A stretch of DNA of 64,000 nt. Source: a virus (taxonomy: Duplodnaviria; Caudoviricetes). The DNA lies in IMG/VR virus record IMGVR_UViG_3300005841_000939. One strand, 5' to 3'. The notes beneath the pieces are model-generated. The model had not been told where the DNA came from, did not search any database, and saw only the letters and a list, made by a program, of their open reading frames with translations. The first letter of the stretch is position 1. The number at the start of each line of letters is the position of its first letter. Position numbers and translations under genes: made by a program. This document shows positions 59,267 through 64,000 of the stretch, piece by piece.

Positions 59267-60203
59267 ATAATTCTTCAACATCATTAAGATTATTCATTAA
59301 CGAATTACCTGTAGTTTTATTAGTGGCAATACGCTGAATGATTTGATCCATATTAGACATGTTACGCAACAATTCTCTAAACTTATTTTTAGACAAATAA
59401 TGGAATATTTCTTTTCCAGATGGAAGAACATAATCCTTAAAATTATCTTTAAATTGTTTGATTAATGCCTGCGGAGTTCTATCTAGATCAATGAGAATTG
59501 TATTTCTCTTAAACCGTTCTTTATATTCTTCACCAAAAGTTACTATTGAACCATCAGCATTTGTATGAAATGGTGTCTTATCATCAAACATTTCTTGAAG
59601 CTTACCTTCATTCAAAATCTTTTCAGCAGTCTTATCACCAACACGTTCTTTAATTGAAGGTACGTTATCACCTGGATCACCAGTTAAAATTTTAATTTTA
59701 AGCTCTTTAATAGGATCATCACAAACTAAAAATTTTGCTTTAATTGGATCATAAATTTTAACATTTTTATATTTAAGTAATTGCAAATAATCTGTATCAG
59801 ATGTTACAATTATTTTTTCAAAATTTTGCCAATCTCTTGCAAAAACTCCTGCCAAGTCATCTGCTTCTAAGTACTTTTGCTGCAAGACGTAAAATGGAAA
59901 ATATTGCTTAACTTCTTCAGTAAATGCTCGGTAGTTATCAAAGAACGCAGTCCAATCAATATCTGTTTGTTTTGCCCTGGCCGCTTTTCTATTTTCTTTA
60001 TATTCTAGGTAATATTTTTTACGCCAGTTTTCTTTATCATCAACCAACAAAACAATTTCATCAGCGGCAAATTTGCGCGATGTATTGATGATTTGATTAA
60101 ACATCAAATGCTTGAAATAATTCCATCCAACGTCCTTAATATCTTTATTGGCTGCGTGAAGACAGCGGTAAGCGACGTGATTTAGGTCAAATAATACTAT
60201 CAT
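59259..60203 (-). CDS. rnh: T4-type RNase H / 5'-3' exonuclease
   Basis: LFDLNH, LEADDL, TSDTDYLQL, GDPGDNVP. Confidence 0.93.
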   Translation of the reverse strand: MIVLFDLNHVAYRCLHAANKDIKDVGWNYFKHLMFNQIINTSRKFAADEIVLLVDDKENWRKKYYLEYKENRKAARAKQTDIDWTAFFDNYRAFTEEVKQYFPFYVLQQKYLEADDLAGVFARDWQNFEKIIVTSDTDYLQLLKYKNVKIYDPIKAKFLVCDDPIKELKIKILTGDPGDNVPSIKERVGDKTAEKILNEGKLQEMFDDKTPFHTNADGSIVTFGEEYKERFKRNTILIDLDRTPQALIKQFKDNFKDYVLPSGKEIFHYLSKNKFRELLRNMSNMDQIIQRIATNKTTGNSLMNNLNDVEELFT

Positions 60204-60257
60204 TAGTTAGTTCTTTTAAAAAGTCTAACTATCTATGATATGAAGTTTTTTATGGAA

Positions 60258-61100
60258 TCAATTAGTTTTGCGCTTTACGCCGAGTTTTCCCATATACAGT
60301 GCAATATCATCAGTTGTTGTTCCTGGCATATTTGCCTGTGGAACTCCTGCTGGCGCACTCATTCCAACTGAACCTCCACCACCATTACTTACATCACCAT
60401 CTTCTTGAATTGGTGCTGTTTCTGGTTGAGGATTTGAAATGTTTATAACTGCTTGTGGATCAACTGTTGTGATATTGTTATGTTTGAGGAATTGATTGAC
60501 AGTATCCAAATTTAATGGCAATTCTAATGCTCTGAATAAATTTGCGATACTTGCAGGAGTTGAATCCTTCATAACATCTTCGTACAATTTTCTATTTTCT
60601 GGTTTAGCACCAAGTTTAGCATCAAAATTTGCAATTCCTGCAGTTGATGTTGCTGGACCTGATGTTGCAACTGGACCAGCACCTGCAGCACCACCAGCAT
60701 CCTCATCAAGAGCTTTTAGATTACTCTTCATTTCCAAACGAAGTTTTGCCAATTCATCTTTTAGACGGTAATCAGCAACATATTCGCCAACTTCTACTTC
60801 GCCTTGGTTTGGGTTTTGTTCTTTCTTTGGCTTGTCTTCTTCTGGTTTTGTGTCAGTAACAAAACCTTTATCTTCAACTGCTGATGGCAATGGTTCATTC
60901 TTTTCTACTTCTGTAGGATGAACCATCTTGTCTTCTTTTGGAGCTTCTTCAATTTTGTCTTCTTTTTCTTTACCGTAAATTACTTCTTCTTTAGGGACCT
61001 TAATTTTTGATCCATATTGAGATTCAAGAATTACAAAGTTTTTATCTTCTTTTGCAAGAGTATAAGGAAAACCTTTGTAGATAACATGTTTGGAAGCCAT
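60258..61100 (-). CDS. Hypothetical protein with an internally duplicated Gly/Ala-rich motif (280 aa)
   Basis: Two copies of (L/I)xE-D...T(S/T)T..IA...KLGxK. Confidence 0.7.
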   Translation of the reverse strand: MASKHVIYKGFPYTLAKEDKNFVILESQYGSKIKVPKEEVIYGKEKEDKIEEAPKEDKMVHPTEVEKNEPLPSAVEDKGFVTDTKPEEDKPKKEQNPNQGEVEVGEYVADYRLKDELAKLRLEMKSNLKALDEDAGGAAGAGPVATSGPATSTAGIANFDAKLGAKPENRKLYEDVMKDSTPASIANLFRALELPLNLDTVNQFLKHNNITTVDPQAVINISNPQPETAPIQEDGDVSNGGGGSVGMSAPAGVPQANMPGTTTDDIALYMGKLGVKRKTN

Positions 61101-61105
61101 ATATT

Positions 61106-61600
61106 TTATTCCTTAGACAATTGATTATTTATACATTCTTGCCACCCATAAGTGGCAATAGCTAATGCATCTGACATTCCGTCATGTGGCTTTTTGCTTC
61201 TTGGTGTAGCTAAAAGACTTACTTGAGGATATTTAGCTGTAATAAATGCAATTGTGTCTTCCTTTTCATGCTTTTCATCACCCATGAGAGTTTTTTGCCA
61301 TTTTCTAGGTCCAACTGTAACTATTTTGAATCCAAGTGCTTCCATAACGCCATGCAGCCCACCGGTACCCCAACCGAAACGAAACATGGATGTTACTCCT
61401 TGTCCTGGCATGGCATGAACTTGTTCAATGTAAATGATGTCTGGATTTAAATTTTTTAGCAATAATGCTACCGATCTAAAATCCAATTCATCTTTATCTT
61501 GTGAACTAGTTCTAATTGGCATTGGAGTTACAGATACTGTTGTATCATCAATATACGCTATTCCACCTTTTTGACCTGGATCTATACCTACAAGTTTCAT
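61106..61600 (-). CDS. RuvC-like Holliday junction resolvase
   Basis: VGIDPG, YIEQV, SMFRFG, DGMSDALAIA supply the D-E-D-D catalytic set. Confidence 0.88.
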   Translation of the reverse strand: MKLVGIDPGQKGGIAYIDDTTVSVTPMPIRTSSQDKDELDFRSVALLLKNLNPDIIYIEQVHAMPGQGVTSMFRFGWGTGGLHGVMEALGFKIVTVGPRKWQKTLMGDEKHEKEDTIAFITAKYPQVSLLATPRSKKPHDGMSDALAIATYGWQECINNQLSKE

Positions 61601-61986
61601 TATTCTACTTTCTTTATAGATTCAGATATTTTAGTTTTAATTTCTCTAGTTTGTTCTTCCGTAAAAAATCTATTTTTTACAATTTTCCCATCCTCAAAAA
61701 ACAATTTATGACGTTCATTCATGAAATCATTTGAATCTGAAATATTATAATATTTTAGGATTTCTTTGATTGCATCTTCGTATAAAACATATTTTTCTCT
61801 TTCCAAATTGATAAGTAATTTTTCTATTATTTTCAATAATGGTGCAACTTCTTTGTCTTTTTTACATAATTCTCTAAGAATAGTATGAACATCATCATCT
61901 TCTAACAAAGTATTTGATGCTTTCTTCTTAGCTATACGGATTTCTTCAAGTGTTTGCTCTAACTGATTTTTTATAATTGAATCCAT
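61600..61986 (-). CDS. Hypothetical protein (128 aa)
   Basis: TAATG overlap with the resolvase gene; no family recognised. Confidence 0.65.
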   Translation of the reverse strand: MDSIIKNQLEQTLEEIRIAKKKASNTLLEDDDVHTILRELCKKDKEVAPLLKIIEKLLINLEREKYVLYEDAIKEILKYYNISDSNDFMNERHKLFFEDGKIVKNRFFTEEQTREIKTKISESIKKVE

Positions 61987-62033
61987 AAGAATTCATTTTA
62001 TAATAAAGTGTAAAAATATAATCGGACCAATAT

Positions 62034-62528
62034 ATGCAAATTAATGTTGAACTATATGAAAATAAACAAAAAGTTGAAGATCATTCAAAGAAGTACAAAG
62101 ATTTGATGGAAGAGAAGATTAAAAAACTTACTGCGCTTCAAGAACAAGTCCTAAAAGATTTAAATGAAATAGATAGAAAAAACCTTGTTACTGAATCAAA
62201 TCACAATATTTCAAAATATCATCGTTACTTATCACTTTTGACAGAAGAGAGAATTACTTTTGCAAAAATGAAAACAAAGAAGGAATTATTTGATGGTGAA
62301 GTTAATGAGTACTATCGTTTCCATTGGGATAAAAGTACCAAGCTTACCGAATCTGCTATTGGAAAATATGTAGCAGCCCACCCTTTGATAACAAGTATTT
62401 CAAATCTTGTTAGAGTTGAAGAAGCTATTGTAGAGTATCTAGAAGGTGTAGTTCAAACCTTTGGAAACAGAAACTTTACGATTAAAAATATAATTGAAGC
62501 AAGCAAACTTGAACTTGGACTAACATGA
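62034..62528 (+). CDS. uvsY: Recombination mediator UvsY-like
   Basis: Helical; KYHRYL...EYYRF...FTIKNIIE..K; coupled to uvsW. Confidence 0.7.
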   Translation: MQINVELYENKQKVEDHSKKYKDLMEEKIKKLTALQEQVLKDLNEIDRKNLVTESNHNISKYHRYLSLLTEERITFAKMKTKKELFDGEVNEYYRFHWDKSTKLTESAIGKYVAAHPLITSISNLVRVEEAIVEYLEGVVQTFGNRNFTIKNIIEASKLELGLT

Positions 62529-63976
62529 ACGAAACTTGGCTAAAAATAACAAAAATTGACGAAAGTTATGGACACATAACTAGTAATCACCCATCTATAA
62601 TGGGTGACTTATATTCGTTTTTTTCCCATTTTGTTGATGGGTATTATTTTATGCCTAAATTCAAGGCTGGTGTTTGGGATGGAAAAGTCCATTTCATGGA
62701 GAGAAGTGGAAAAATTCCTATTGGATTAATTCATTTAGCTTGCAAATTTGTTAAACAAGATGGAATGAAAATATTTTTGGATCCATCATTTGTTGAAAAA
62801 TATGATGCATTACCAGATTTTGAAGATCATACAAACAAATGGTTGAGTGAAGTTTACACTCCTTATTCCTATCAGTTTGATGGTGCGCTTATTGCATTAA
62901 AGTATAACCGCTGCATTTTGGAACATGCAACTGGTGCTGGCAAGTCGCTTACCATGGCATTGATTATAATGTACAACTTGCAAAAAGCTAGAGCCAAGAA
63001 AATTCTTATATTGGTTCCTGGTATTTCTTTAGTACATCAACTTGCTTCAGATTTTATAGATTATGGAATTCCTCCGGAATGGATTGGTAAATATTACGCG
63101 GATCAAAAAGATACGAATGAGAAGATCATCATTTCTACATGGCAATCTTTAAAAAACAATGCTGATCTTGCTAGCGAATTTGACATGCTGATTGCTGATG
63201 AAGTTCACTCAATAAAAGGACACGAAATTAAGAAAGTTGTTGATAATTGCCGTAATGCAAAATATAGAATCGGATTGACTGGTACGATGCCTGATAAGAA
63301 GACCGATAATATGTCTGTTCTTGGTTCAATTGGACCTATATTGCATAAAATTAGTTCAAAAAATCTCATTGAAATGGGAACTACAAGCGACATTATTATT
63401 AAAATACCTTTCTTAGAATATGCTCCAGAAATAAAATCAAAAGTAAGAGGATTACCACTTCCTGATGAAAAAGAATGGTTAGAAAATTACGACCCAAGAA
63501 ACAATATAATTAAGAAAATAATTTCAAAGCATGTTGAAAAAGGTCATAATTGTTTGATTCTTGTTGATCACATTTCCCATGGTGAAAAATTATTTGAAAA
63601 AGTTTCGGAAATAGAAAATTGTAAACCATTTTTTATTCGCGGAGAAACTGCCGGTGAAGAAAGAGAAAGAATTAGAGGATATACAAATGAAAACGAAGGC
63701 GTTGTTATCGTTGCTACTTACGGTGTATTTTCAACTGGTGTCTCCATCAAGAGATTACATACGGTTTTATTTGCGTCGGCAGGAAAATCAAAGATACGCA
63801 CATTACAAAGTATAGGGCGTGGATTACGTCTCCATAAAGATAAAAAACATTTAATCCTGTATGATATTGGTGATAGTACAACATATGCCGAAAAGCACCT
63901 AGAAAATAGAATTCAAATCTATACCAAAGCACAATTTAATATAGATTGCTTTGAAATAAAAGTTAAAAATGGATAA
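62525..63976 (+). CDS. uvsW: SF2 RNA-DNA/DNA helicase UvsW
   Basis: ATGAGKS, DEVH, GLTGT, TYGVFSTG, QSIGRGLR. Confidence 0.95.
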   Translation: MNETWLKITKIDESYGHITSNHPSIMGDLYSFFSHFVDGYYFMPKFKAGVWDGKVHFMERSGKIPIGLIHLACKFVKQDGMKIFLDPSFVEKYDALPDFEDHTNKWLSEVYTPYSYQFDGALIALKYNRCILEHATGAGKSLTMALIIMYNLQKARAKKILILVPGISLVHQLASDFIDYGIPPEWIGKYYADQKDTNEKIIISTWQSLKNNADLASEFDMLIADEVHSIKGHEIKKVVDNCRNAKYRIGLTGTMPDKKTDNMSVLGSIGPILHKISSKNLIEMGTTSDIIIKIPFLEYAPEIKSKVRGLPLPDEKEWLENYDPRNNIIKKIISKHVEKGHNCLILVDHISHGEKLFEKVSEIENCKPFFIRGETAGEERERIRGYTNENEGVVIVATYGVFSTGVSIKRLHTVLFASAGKSKIRTLQSIGRGLRLHKDKKHLILYDIGDSTTYAEKHLENRIQIYTKAQFNIDCFEIKVKNG

Positions 63977-64000
63977 AATATGCCAATAATTCAAAATACT

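Noticed and set aside
576-63932. Many short ORFs in the track lying antisense or out of frame within long genes (e.g. 1573-1941, 35163-35804, 53270-53788)
   Set aside because: They are fully nested in well-supported phage genes and show no recognisable motifs; they are expected shadow ORFs.
1-64000. CRISPR array, tRNA/rRNA genes, reverse transcriptase or DGR repeats
   Set aside because: No spaced direct repeats, cloverleafs, RT motifs or template/variable repeat pair were seen; intergenic gaps are nearly all under 150 nt.
1-64000. Alternative genetic code (stop reassignment, as in some jumbo phages)
   Set aside because: Conserved genes are full length in the standard code and tile the window densely.
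63980-64000. Start of a further gene after uvsW (MPIIQNT...)
   Set aside because: Only 7 codons are visible, too little to annotate.

Overview
AT-rich (roughly one-third GC) window from a large, divergent T4-like contractile-tailed phage. It holds almost the whole virion morphogenesis block on the minus strand. In transcription order (high to low coordinates) this is: portal gp20, protease gp21, scaffold gp22, capsid gp23, neck gp13/gp14, gp15, terminase gp16/gp17, sheath gp18, tube gp19, gp26/gp51-like chaperones, two tape-measure-like genes, gp48/gp53/gp27-like hub genes, gp3, gp5, gp25, gp6 and several giant lectin-domain baseplate proteins. A dut + DUF2201-peptidase/VWA + MoxR-AAA module interrupts the tail genes. 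The right end carries an HNH homing endonuclease, gp4, RNase H, a RuvC-like resolvase, uvsY and uvsW. Several genes are preceded by T4-type TATAAATA late promoters. Most notable observations: (1) a complete -1 frameshift signal (AGGGAG, 10 nt, T TTT TTT, 7 nt, H-type pseudoknot) that would fuse the gp26- and gp51-like chaperones; (2) a perfect 21-bp hairpin covering the HNH start codon with the late promoter in its loop; (3) an intact but catalytically degenerate terminase-ATPase paralog coupled between gp16 and gp17; (4) tandem paralogous tape-measure genes; (5) a baseplate wedge protein apparently split over several giant genes, with a nested in-frame start. All family assignments come from motif recognition by eye; no database search was run.
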